Shown one piece after another: positions 1 through 12,941 of a stretch of 64,000 nucleotides of DNA (position 1 is the stretch's first letter; each line of letters begins with the position of its first letter). The translations under genes and the position numbers were made by a program. Source of the DNA: Octopus sinensis (taxonomy: Eukaryota); NCBI RefSeq assembly GCF_006345805.1, contig NC_042997.1, positions 94,922,001-94,986,000 of the forward strand, written 5' to 3'. The notes below the pieces were generated by a model that searched no databases, was not told the origin of the DNA, and was given only the letters and a program-made list of their open reading frames with translations.

Positions 1-31
<31 letters not shown>

Positions 32-44
32 AACACATATACCT

Positions 45-245
45 TTGTCCAACCAGTCGCCATGATTGACTGCTAAATGCACAAGTTCTTTTATTCTCTC
101 TCTGTTTATTTCCTCGTGTTCCTTTATGTTGAAGAGTGTAGGCTCGACGCATCAAAGACTTTCTCATCTTAACGAGTCAAACTAATACACCTGTTTGTTG
201 TTTATACACCTGTCTTCTTCTTTTGTTTTTCTGTACATTTCAGCT
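45..245 (+). mobile_element. Degenerate terminal (pLTR-like) fragment of a Penelope-like repeat
   Basis: Contains ttgaagagtgtaggctcgacgcatcaaagac, a decayed version of the (c/t)tgaagag...ctcgaaac motif typical of Penelope 3' ends; family assignment from memory. Confidence 0.35.
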
Positions 246-417
246 TTATATGTTTATACATATATAAAATATAAATCAGAGGTTATGCTACCATTTATGG
301 GATAGATGTATCCGTAGGCACCCTTGGTATATTACCTCAGTATGTATGGCCCTCGTTATAAGGTATACATACGGTGGTAGGTAATTTGACGGTAAAACCG
401 TGGTTTAATATATGTAT

Positions 418-562
418 AGACGATAAGAAATGGAGCAATAATTAACAATGAGAAGTGGATCATTGGCGTTTTAAAGTCATTGTTTAATTAATTTCAATAA
501 TGACTTTAAAACACCAATGTTCTACTTCTTATTATTAATTATTGCTCCATTTGTTATCGTCT
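418..562. repeat. Long imperfect palindrome (about 65-bp arms, short AT-rich loop)
   Basis: agacgataagaaatggagcaataattaacaatgagaagtggatcattggcgttttaaagtcatt is the near reverse complement of aatgactttaaaacaccaatgttctacttcttattattaattattgctccatttgttatcgtct. Confidence 0.9.
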
Positions 563-999
563 CACTCTCTCTCTTCTCTCTCTCTCTGTATATATATATA
601 CACACACACAATATATATATATATATATACATTAGACTTATGTGTCTGTGTGTGTATATACACACACACACACACATTTGACTGCAAACTATCTGCAATG
701 AGACAGTGATATAAACCGTAGATGGATAAAGAAATTTGATTACTATTTGTATTATCAATTTCAAAATGATAGGCCACGCTTATTACATGCTATTTGGCAA
801 ACAATAACTCTGTTGCCTTGAGTTTCCAATTGGCCAACTAATGAAATTTTCATGACGATGAGAATACAAAGGAAAATCTTCAACCCGATGTAGAACAAAT
901 ATCTCTAGCGTCTCCGTTCTAGAAGCACTATCGGTGAAAGTTTCTCAGATATACACACACAGGTGATATGCTTCCACACAAGTTATGCTGATAATGTTC

Positions 1000-1127
1000 T
1001 ACTCAAAACGCATTGACCAACCCAAAGCTATAGAATAAATCATTTGGTCAAGATGCCGCTCGGTGGCATCGAACCTGAAACAACATGACTGCGAAGCAAA
1101 CTCCTTAATCACTCCACCACACCTGCA
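1000..1127 (-). mobile_element. Degenerate tRNA-derived CORE-type SINE remnant
   Basis: Similar to the heads of the better-preserved copies at 39996 and 50720 (atcgaacctgaaacaacatgactgcgaagcaaactccttaatcac). Confidence 0.5.
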
Positions 1128-2799
1128 TTCATTGCATCTCAGGATATAAGCTAAATAATTGAAATGATTTAATCCGTAATTTCAGCGCGTCTGCAACTCC
1201 TTCACCTTTGTAATAACAATAATAAGAACAACACTAAGAAAAACATCTGTTGTAATTCTAACACCGGTAATGTGTGAACACTGAATATCTTGTCTCTCCT
1301 TTCAATGCTTCACAGCAGCTTTGATCACGAGCAAGATTAATTCGTTTCCAATCAACTCTTGTCGGCTTACTTGTGCTGTGCAAATATCGTTTAGCTGCTC
1401 TGCATAATCACATTTGATAGACATGGTGGCGCATTATTTTACATCAATTTCCCCACCTGTTTGGTTTCAACACTGTAATGCTGCCGTTTCTATTGTCTCC
1501 TTCATTCTGTTATTTTTTTTTATTTTTCTTTAATTTTTTTTCATATTTTTACCAATTACATTGTGTTTATGCTTGCGAGGTTTTCTTTTCTTTACTTCTA
1601 AATTTGTTACCACAACCAATAGTAACATTTATCGAAATCAGCTAACTTTTATCACTTACGACAGCAATAAGACTGCCATCTATGTGCCCACGCAACTATT
1701 GTTATCACTAGTGCTTAAATGCATTAAAACTCTCGCTCGCTACTATTGTCAATAACAATAGCATCACTTTTTATCATAACATTGCTGTCGCCACAGGCAA
1801 ACAGGATGTTCTCTATATTGTATCAAAATAACACCCAGTATAAATCATTTTCTTAAAGGCAGCTACCATCACGAACACCACCGACACCATCATATTCACC
1901 ATCACCAACATCAACAACCGCATCACTACCACCAGATAGACAACAATAACGATCCCCTTCCTAAAATCTTCTGCACCACACCATCAAATAAAACAACAGA
2001 ACCTACACCATCATCACTATTACGACCATTACCACAGCTAAGTATAACATTATTGGCCTTAGAGCGAGTTTTCCCATCAATGATGGGTTGCAAAAAGCAG
2101 TAACTAAATCTTTATCAAATTACATACTACCACCTTCGTAAATACATATTCTCTCCAGTGTTATCTTGGGAAATTAGCAGGATAGTTACTGCTAGAAATT
2201 CCTTGCTCACAGGCCATCACGATAATCTGGATTAAATACCAAAATTCAAAATAAGGACATATTATAGTACTATCGTAAATACCGGAATAACATCTATATA
2301 CATAGTGAAATCTTAAAACATACCAGGTAGCCATTTCTATCTCTTACGCAGCTATAAGAATCACCACCACTATCAACAACAACTAGAATAATAATATATT
2401 ATCTTCTTGTACTAAGATTTACAGAGTTCTTTACTAGAAACCTGTGCAATAACTAGCATATTGAATGTACTCAAAATGAATTCAAACTATAACAAATAAT
2501 TGCACCATGAATGCCCTTACTATCTCCAAGTAATATGTTTAGATATCTACCGACTTTAGATTCTCCAATATTGCAGTGTTCAGCATTGGGACCTGCTGAC
2601 AGGCAAGTGCATACGGAAGATAAAAGTGGATACTTCATGCCTGAATTTATAAATATATATCATGGACTCCCTCGTTGTTAGATGATACAGGAGGGTTCTG
2701 CAATTTCTTGCTGAACAACCACACAGATATGTTTATTGTGATAAAATATTTGTGCTCAAATAAGGTCGCTCCTTCCATCGATATTACCTGTACAGGTGT

Positions 2800-2900
2800 A
2801 CTAGGTACCACATGTCATGAGCACAACGCAACGCCCGAGATCGTCACCACGATGTCGCAATCGTAATTGCAACATCCTAACCACTACACCATGCGCCTTC
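2800..2900 (-). mobile_element. SINE head remnant (tRNA-like A box)
   Basis: Minus strand reads gaaggcgcatggtgtagtggttaggatgttg..., an A-box-like head resembling the copy at 4815-5133. Confidence 0.45.
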
Positions 2901-3103
2901 TCTCTCTCTCTCTCTCTCTCTCTCAAACACACACACCGATACATACATATACGCACACAGATACACACACATAAAGACACACAACCCATTATTTGAATGG
3001 GCCATAATACCACAAAACTTGACCATCCAATGACTTAACTGATGCTATCACGTGTTGCTATTCCGATAGGCATAGTCTGAGGCCAATCTTTGTTGAGACA
3101 TAT

Positions 3104-3496
<393 letters not shown>

Positions 3497-4059
3497 ACGC
3501 ACAAAAGACTACGTAGTGTAAAAATCCAAAGAAGGAAGAAATGGCATATTCCGAATGCTGTAACATCGGTTCACAGATATGCGGTCAACCACCTGTGTAA
3601 CAAAGCCTGATCAAGTTGTAATGAGTGGTGCTATTCAACATTCCTAACAACAAATATATAGAGAAAACACACCGCATCGGTAGTCAGATGTTCATTATTC
3701 ATGTTGAGATCCAAAGCGTATGCAATATTAAAGAAGCAAAGTTACCATCATACTTAGATACAAGAATGGGGTTTTGTTGCTTATCCAGTTGCAGTCTCTT
3801 ACTAACGATTCGGATTGCCCAACACTTTGTGGATGGAAATCTGTAATTGGAATTCGTTTCATATGTACCTGTGTGTGTGTAAATGTATGTGTGTATGTCT
3901 GCCTGTCTGTGTCTGTGTAAAGAATATATGTCAAATTGAAGGATCACTAACTAATATTAAGTAGAGTGTCGCACTTATTTTAGATTTTGAAAGAAAATTG
4001 TAGATTATCATTTGAAAATTTTGGCGTAGTTGCCATTGTTAGTCGATGTTTCTGTCTGC

Positions 4060-4091
<32 letters not shown>

Positions 4092-4814
4092 GTCTCTGTA
4101 GGATTAACCATCCTACTTTATTTAGATTCATTGATATCTTGTAAATAACTTTGTGAAGTATTATTTGTTTCGGAGTTACCTTAAATAAGTATTAACCCTC
4201 CCAAATAAGTGATATACTACGTAATGTAAGAAGGTATCATTACAAGTACTGCAGAAGCCGACGAACGTGTAGGATTGTCATTGAGTCGGAAAAATAACTT
4301 GTGTCTTTGAGTTCAAATAAACTATATCAACTATTTTGTACCCTTCCACTTCGATAGATTTAAGTACCAGTCTAATACTGTTGTCAATGTTATCATCTAA
4401 TCCTCTCTCACTCTCTAAAACTCCATAAATCGAAAACAGTTAGAATTACAGAGGTGAAGTGTTTGTGGACATAATGCGCATAGTTGATACGGTTTTGTTT
4501 TAACAATGTATATTTGCGATCAATTTCAGATGCTATAAACCATTTTTGTGTTTATTTATTGTTATTTAAATATACCTCACCAGTTCGAGTAGAACTGTAG
4601 TCCTACGCCTTTCAACAAATACTGTGAAGTCTTTAATACAATAATTATCTCAGGTTATATTATGCAGTGCGTTCTACATTTGACGAGGACAGCTGTTTAG
4701 TTTGAGGGATATTTAGCTGTTATTTCAATCAAATAGAACAACCTGCGGGAGGATGTCTTTGTTAGCTTAGATAACATAATTTTAAAAAATGTAACTGGTG
4801 CAAACAGGGAAAAC

Positions 4815-5133
4815 AGGCATAGAGCTGGCGCTCTGTCGGTTACAACGACGTGTGTTCCAGTTGATCTGATCAACGGAACAGCCTGCAAGTGGCTGAGCGC
4901 TCTACATACATACATAACTTTAATGTAGTTCTCATGTAGGTTCAGTGTGGCAGAGAATTTGACAAGTCCGGCCCTTTGAATTTACAGATACAACTCATTT
5001 CTGCCACCTGAGTGGACCGGAGCAAGATGAAATAAATTAACTTGCTCAAGGACACAACACGCTGCGGGTAATTGGACTCATAACGTGACACTCGTGAGCT
5101 GAATACCGCTAAACATTAAGCTTCGCACCTCCA
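4815..5133 (-). mobile_element. tRNA-derived SINE of a second family
   Basis: Head on minus strand, CORE-like ccttgagcaag, body gttccagttgatctgatcaacggaacagcctg; family recognised from memory. Confidence 0.6.
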
Positions 5134-5735
5134 CGACTACGGACATAAATAGATGGATAACATATTTCTAATTTGCCTTTTATTTAAGAGAATCTCTTGA
5201 AAGAAATAAGCAGAAATAGGTAAAACATACCATATATGCAGGTGACAGAAACGCCTCCTCCTAACATTTCTTAACTGGCAAGTGTCATTTCTGAGTTCAA
5301 GTGTTGGAATCCAACGTGACTTGTTGCACGTATTTTCTCTTTACTATATAATCGATAAAATATGAACTAGTTTCAATGTACAGTAGAGTCGTCATTTAAC
5401 ATTTTTTAAATATGTCAGGTTTTAATTGAAAAAAAAATAATCGGCTTCTCACAACTTGTTTCAAATAACAACATTACGATGACATACAAAATCATGAATG
5501 AAGATTAAACAATAGCAAACACCAGCAATAATAATGTCATCACAAAAGAAGTTAATGTTTACTTGAGCGTTAATAATGTGTCCATCACCTGAGTTAGCCT
5601 GTATATATGTGTTTGCGTGTCTGTGCGTGTATATTATATATATGTATGTGTGTGTGTACGTGTGTATGTGTGTGTGTTTATATATGTACACACACACACA
5701 CATACATACACACACACACACACATACACACACAC

Positions 5736-5771
<36 letters not shown>

Positions 5772-6035
5772 GTATATATAAAATTATAATTAAAGGTATC
5801 TAAAATATCCTACCATGCTAGAAATAGCAGTCAAACCTTGACTCTAAGACCACATCAAGTAATTCATACAGCACCAGGAGAAAAGACAAAGAGACAAATA
5901 TACTAGCAAAGAAGTATTGGATAACCCTTGATATATTGCTTGCAAAGCTAGAAATCTAGCATGGCGGTATCGTTTAGATACCGTTAATTATAATTTTAAT
6001 AATAATTATTACCTATAAGGTTTCTATTCCCATGC

Positions 6036-6091
6036 AGGGTATATATACGTGTATATATATATATTTATATATATACACGTATATATACCCT
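6036..6091. repeat. Perfect 25-bp-arm hairpin
   Basis: agggtatatatacgtgtatatatat - atattt - atatatatacacgtatatataccct; arms are exact reverse complements. Confidence 0.95.
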
Positions 6092-7993
6092 ACTTTTAGG
6101 TCACACTAAATAAAAACCTTTGACTCTAGAATACTGTGTATAAATTCTTTACTTGGAATGACCAAGTTTAAATACTGCTGGATCTCACTCATAAGGTATT
6201 GGAATCGTGCAATGTGTATAAACTCTATTTTTGGAAGGACCTATTTTAAATTCTGATGGATTTTACTCATAAGGTATTGGAATCTTAACTATATACCATT
6301 CTGCCAACTTTGGTTATCATCGTTCGATGAGTGATAAAGCACCACTCAAATAGTGGGCTCGATGTAACTGGTCATCGAACTCAACCAAATATGTTGATTG
6401 GTGCCTATGTTAGAAACAATTAATGCTGTGTTTTAGTAGTATTAGCGTTAGCAATAACATTAATAGCATTTGCGGCTACTGTTGCTATTGATACTAATAT
6501 AGAGAGTTATCGACTGAAGTAATTTTTTAATGCTAACAGAAACAGACTTGCATTAACGACGATATAAAGAGTTCCATTATCGAACACACTAAGCAGTCAA
6601 CATCAATGATAAAGAAATAACTTTTCATTGAAAATGAAATGAAAAGCAAAAATGATAGAGGTATCAGCGATGCGGACAATAAGGAATACAAAAGAAGGCA
6701 AAAGTAACACATAGAAATACAATAGTAAGTAATGTTCAGTATGGCATTCGCCGAAAACAACAGTGGGTGTCACTATATAGTGGAATGTGCTACATATAAC
6801 CATAAAATCATAAACAAAATGTTTTAAGGGAATATCACATTAGATATTGCCGACCATCGTACATATAACAACACGAGGCGATCGCAGTGAAGTGTGTTTG
6901 GCTTCACTATAAGCTCAATCAGAGGTGATTCGAGGGCTAAACAACGAAAACAACAATAACGACAGCGATCTTATTAAAGAAATATTTGCTTAGACAATTG
7001 GCAACCGGAAAGCGACGTCACAAGCGACATCTTCCCATCCTCGCTATGTACACACACACACACGCACACATACACACACATCACTGGAAATAAAATATCG
7101 ATTTTAGTACCAGATCAAATGAATACAAAGATCTGAGTGCACGATTTAACTAAATGAATAAAAATATTGGCTAATTTCTTTTGACCAGATGTTAAGCTTT
7201 ATAGTTTAGAGTCACGCGAATGAGATTATGTGACATTTATCTCACAATATTTAATTCTCAGGACATTAAATCAGTCCCAGAACAGAAGGACTTTGCTTTG
7301 TACTGAAAATTGATATGCCAGAGATCTCACTTGTGTATAAGAAAGGAAAAACGTCACAAGACAACAGTTGCATGAAGTACTGAAAAAAGATCATGATAAT
7401 TAACAGTGTGTAGCAATAGAGAAGCTCATATATAAAGCCTTTGCAGTGAATGACACGATATTATTTTCCTAATCGCAAGTTTGATCCACTGCATTGTAGT
7501 CAGGTCTTATCCGTTTGACTTCCATTGTTTGTTTCTATCTATTTTTACTGAAGTTGCTTCTATCTAAGACAATAGAATAATAGGAAGCTACCCCTTGGAA
7601 TATTGTTGTCCAATAACAGTTAACAGAAATCCCTATATATATTTGTTATATAAGACCGATGGGGGTGAAAAGTTTTTAGGCTACAGATTCCGCTTCTGCA
7701 TTAAAATGTATTTTCATTGATAGTATTATGCCATAATTTAACGAATACGGTGTTGCAGAGTTTACTTACATGAAATTTATATATTCTCAACAAATCTAAA
7801 ACATGTATTTAGTGGAGATTAGAAGCTTTGTCCAATTGTTTGTTAGAACCTGTGATTTTTCTGCTTGGAAAATCTCAAAATTTGGGATGCCTGATAAACC
7901 CGAATTAAGAAATGATCGTCAGTGAAACATTGATTTTATCCCTGCAAGAACAATTGTGACAGAACTGTAATTTTACATATATATTTCTTTATA

Positions 7994-8143
7994 TTTCTTT
8001 ATTGCCCACAAGGGGCTAAACGTAGAGGGGACAAACAAGGACAGACGAACGGATTAAGTCGATTACATCAACCCCAGTGCGTATCTGGTACTTAATTTAT
8101 CAACCCCGAGAGAATGAAAGGCAAAGTCGACCTCGGCGGAATT
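7994..8143 (-). mobile_element. 5'-truncated SINE (Meta-domain-like family)
   Basis: Matches the 3' half of the full-length copy at 41093-41325. Confidence 0.85.
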
Positions 8144-8319
8144 TTGGGCAATCACACAATTAAACAGAGCAAACGACATCCGGCCTACCAATGGTATCTA
8201 TGGAAATAACATTTCAAAGATCATTAAAAAACTGTCTAGGGATCGCTAATACATAAACATTCGTTCGGGTTTAAGGGAATTCAGTTGAATATTTCAATAT
8301 ATACCTATACATATACATA

Positions 8320-9429
8320 CATAGCTGGGCGTAAGTCCGCTAATCCGTTAAACGTTAATTAACGAAGTTAACATTTTCGTTAACGATTTAACTTTCAATT
8401 TGACTTCGAAAATCATTATTTGACAAATCAACTTCCGTTACATTTAGCTTTCGTTAACTCAAGACCGTTAACCCCAAGATTTCATAAAAACCCGGTAAAC
8501 GTTTAATAGTTTCTATTGTTTTCAGAATGTTTTAACATATTTAATATTATACGCGTCATATTTTTCTTACACACACACATAACACGGCCTCGCTCGGTTG
8601 GGACTACGTGTGTTACTTTGACATCATCATTCTATAAAATTTGTTCATGGGGAGAAAAATATAGTAAAATATTAATAGATGTGTGAGTGAGAAAGAAACG
8701 AGTAGGGAGGTTGTGGGATGTTTTAGAAACAGTAGCCAGATCTCACTTAAATCACACATTTTCCTCTGAAATTATTAGCAATTGTATTTTTAAACTGAAA
8801 TGTTTCCCTCACGGAAACAAATGGACAAAATCGTTTCAGACTGAAGTGTTGAGGGGGTTGCGGAAGTGAAATAAAGAAAATTTCCAAATGCTTTTTCGTA
8901 AGAAGTTGCCTCCCATCATTCTGAAAACTCTGATGAAAAACATTGGACAAAATTCCCGTCAAAATGGGCCGTCCAACCTGAAACTCCGTTTTCGAGAAAT
9001 TCCTCACTCGCGTTCCCTTCCAAAACTTTTGCCTAAAAATTTCTTTGTAATCGCAATCTACACTGTTTGAAAGGTACTTACATAAAATTTCCTTAAAGAA
9101 TACCTATTTTCCAGAAAGTTATGAAGAAGAAAATGTCGGGTTCTGTGACTTTTCGGCAACTCTCTCTCCCCAACCCCTCGGGAAATATGTTTCTTGCAAA
9201 TTTTTACATGCAGTCAATCTACGAGCTATAACCGATTATGTGGTGAAAGTTTCGTTTAAAAGTATCCATTTTTCTGAAATTTATGATGCAACAAAATCGG
9301 TGGTGTATTAAACTGTAGCTATGCCATTTTTTAAGATAAAAGTTAACGTAAACTTACATAACAATTTCAAAGAATTAACGGATTAACGATTAACGAAATA
9401 CACTTTTCGATTAATGGTGCCCACCTCTG
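8320..9429. mobile_element. Non-autonomous hAT-like DNA transposon (MITE)
   Basis: Terminal inverted repeats CATAGCTGGGC vs CAGAGGTGGGC (9/11); subterminal CGTTAA/TTAACG arrays at both ends; candidate 8-bp TSD tatacata/tatatata; no transposase ORF. Confidence 0.7.
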
Positions 9430-9468
<39 letters not shown>

Positions 9469-9541
9469 TTATGTATATATATCTATATATATACATATAT
9501 ATATATAATACATATATATATATGTATATATATATGTATGG

Positions 9542-9591
<50 letters not shown>

Positions 9592-9593
<2 letters not shown>

Positions 9594-9730
9594 CTTTACT
9601 ACCCACAAAGGGCTAAACACAGAGGGGACAAGCAAGGACAGACAAAGGGATTAAGTCGATTACATCGACCCCAGTACGGAACTGGTACTTAATTTATCGA
9701 ACCCGAAAGGATAAAAGGCAAAGTTGACCT
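9592..9730 (-). mobile_element. 5'-truncated SINE (Meta-domain-like family)
   Basis: Matches the 3' half of 41093-41325. Confidence 0.85.
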
Positions 9731-11186
9731 GTGTGTGTGTGTGTGTGTGTGTGTGTATAATGTATATATGTTTGTGTGCGTACTTATACACGCTTATGGC
9801 TTTCTTTAGGACTTTAAAACCTACATAAAGTGCTTAACAACAGAAAGTGGAAACTGCTTAGTGACCACTCACTTCCTTATGTGTCCATCAAACGTTATTA
9901 TTTGTTCGTGGTAAAAAAAAAAAGAAAAGTGAAAATATAATTATTAATTACGTTGACACTAATAACAGCTGCTGCAACAAGTACATCACAGCAAGCAATG
10001 ATTGTCTATAGAATTTGCGATAGAATAGATCAGGTGGAGGCAAATTCAAGGACACTAATAACAACGACAATGATTCCTTTTAACTGCTCCATTAATGGCC
10101 ATTGTCTATCGTTGATCTAGTTCATCTGAACATCTGTCAGTCTGTCTTCGTTCAATAAGGTTCACATTGCCTCAAACAGACTTAATGCTTCTCGCTCTCT
10201 CACTTGCCCTGTAGCTCTTTCTTTGCTCTTTCTCCCGCCCATTCGATCTTTCTAGTATTTAACAACTGGTAGCTTTACAGGTCGTTATCATTATTATTGC
10301 ATACGATTATTTGCTTTCACTGCGGATATGGCGATAGTCTACGAACTAAATATACAATAGTTCATATTCCTCCGTCTCCATAATACACACGGCGACAATC
10401 AACTTACCCTGCTGACATTAAACATGTCTAAGTAAGTATAGTATTCATATAGGTCGAAACACTTCATAATAGGTCGAAACACTTCATATCTAACGGATGA
10501 TTCATTAGGTGTCGTCTTATAAAATAACTCGTTTACTTACTTCCCACTTCCTCACTTCTTCCTTCTCTGTTTTAACTCCGACTACCTAACAACATATATG
10601 CATACACATTCACATACTCATAAATACACATGCGTGCATATCTAAGCCTTACATCATAGTATCACTAATGTTACATATTTAAGTACCTATCGACCATTCT
10701 GACTGATAAATAGATAGACAGATAGATAGATAATTTAAAAAAATGATAGATGAATGACTGATAGCAAGACAGATAAATGGACAGATAGACTTAAATGCGT
10801 TTCTGTTTGTCATACAAGAAACATTAATATGCAGTAGATATCTATTCATCTGTCTATGAACCATTAATGCCGTTTTACCTCCTGATAACATGACATCATT
10901 TATTGAAACTGAAGCGTTTGTCATAAATTCTCAGATGAAAAATCCCGATAAATAAAAGTAAAAATGAAACAGAAATAAAATATCATCTGAAATGCTGCTG
11001 TTGTGTCACGTGGAGAATCAAATTGATGTTTACTCTGCTTCATCTTATGACTCATTTCTGAGGTAGCTGCACTTAATGTAAGCTAGATATATTTTCCATA
11101 ATGAGAAATATAAGGACAGACGCCAGAATTGAACCATAAATGCGTGCCTGTATGTGTATTTAGCATAAGAACAAGCGTGTATATGA

Positions 11187-11371
11187 TTAGATAATACACA
11201 CATACGTACATACATAGATACATACATACATACATACGTGGGTATATATATGTGTGAGTGTACACATTATAGATGTTTGTATATATATATATAGATGAAT
11301 GTGTATATATGTATATATATGTATATATATGTATATGTATATATATATGAGTGTGTTTGTGTATGTATATG

Positions 11372-11413
<42 letters not shown>

Positions 11414-11540
11414 TTTTTGTGTTAGTATATATGTACAAATATATGCATATGTAAACATATGTATACATAAATATATGCATTTGTATTTGTATATGTGTGT
11501 GGGAGTGTATGTGTATCTATATGTGTATGTATGTATTTAC
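11187..11540. repeat. Compound (TA)/(TG)/(CATA) microsatellite
   Basis: Directly visible. Confidence 0.95.
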
Positions 11541-12941
11541 AACACCGAAATCTGACCGGTTCATGAGACAGGAATAGACTCGATGGTGCATAAAATTTTG
11601 CCATTGTCTGTGAGAGATGTGAGAGACTTGGATGTTGTATATACTAAATTTGCAAGCCAGATTTTGTTTGCGGTCAAGATAGGCTATCAATTGCTCATTC
11701 ATGCGCAGAGACACATACAGGCCTTGAGTTTGTGCCAGAAGGAAATGGGTAGGGAAGTATAAGGAACGAAGGAAACCAAGAAAAGAGAGAAATAGAGTGT
11801 AAGAGAGAGAGGGGTGAAATAGAAAAGAAGGGTAATTACAGAAACAGAGCGACAGAAAAAGAACAACAAAAACAAAGATAATGAAGATGTTGAAGAAAGA
11901 ATTATGCTGCCCCATACATACTTAACACCTGTGCACATACAAACGTTCACTCTTGGCGAAACAATAAGCTGCTCATTATTGTTGCCGTTGTGACAAATGT
12001 ATACGTTATTAGGAAAGCTAGGAATGATCTGTAAATATCAGATAACGAAAGTTTTTGTCTAAGAACCGCAAGTGTTTTTGCAGAGTTAGTTATTTTCTGT
12101 TAGAAACTGCATGTAGAGAATATAATTTATCACTGGTACTAGAATTATAGCTTTCATATATAAAACTACTATACACTTTAGTCGCCACGCTCGCATTTAA
12201 TTTCCCTTGATATTCGACTCAATTTGTGCCTACATAGTTTATCCAGATCTCACAATTCCATTCCATACAGAATGTTAGAAAGAAATACTTCCCTCAACTT
12301 TGCAAGACTTCCACAAAACGTGACGTTTATATACGTAGATGAATTATCATTCACTTAGAAAACCACAGGTCATGTCTGTCCTTATTCCGTTTAAAGAACT
12401 ACATGGTTTCACGTCCCACTGGACGCATATTCCAACAGGTGGAGGACTGCTAGATCCTGGCAACATCCCGGTAATATCATGAGCTTTACTCCATTTGGTA
12501 CACGCTTCGCTCAGATCTCCATCTCTGTCAAAGATATGTATGACAAAAGATGATCATATATATCAAGTGTTAAGAATCTATCTAGATTCTATCTGTATTT
12601 TGTGTTGCATTAGCACATTTCCGAACATTATAAAAGTAGAAATCTTCAACAATTCATATCGATAAGATGGCAGATGAGGAAGAACGTGATGTGTGTAACT
12701 AGTCCATTCTGCATAAAGTGAACAAACAATCGTACTGTTTCACCTCAAGCCAGCCGCAGACACAATTTCGCATTAACTTGGCTTGTTAGATGCTCAACAT
12801 AATGACATTGTTAGTATTATATAAATATCTGTTTCAACCTCACTCCTTTTGGATTCATGAGATTCATCAACATTGTCTGACCAACCGGTTGATAAGAAAA
12901 TTTTCCATTATTGAAATTTGTTTTCGCCATCTATCAAACAG

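Noticed and set aside
129-150. Hammerhead ribozyme at the window start
   Set aside because: Core is mutated (TTGAAGA and GACGC instead of CTGANGA and GAAAC); at most a dead remnant
7660-7690. Possible Tc1/mariner TIR
   Set aside because: Weak resemblance and no partner TIR or transposase found
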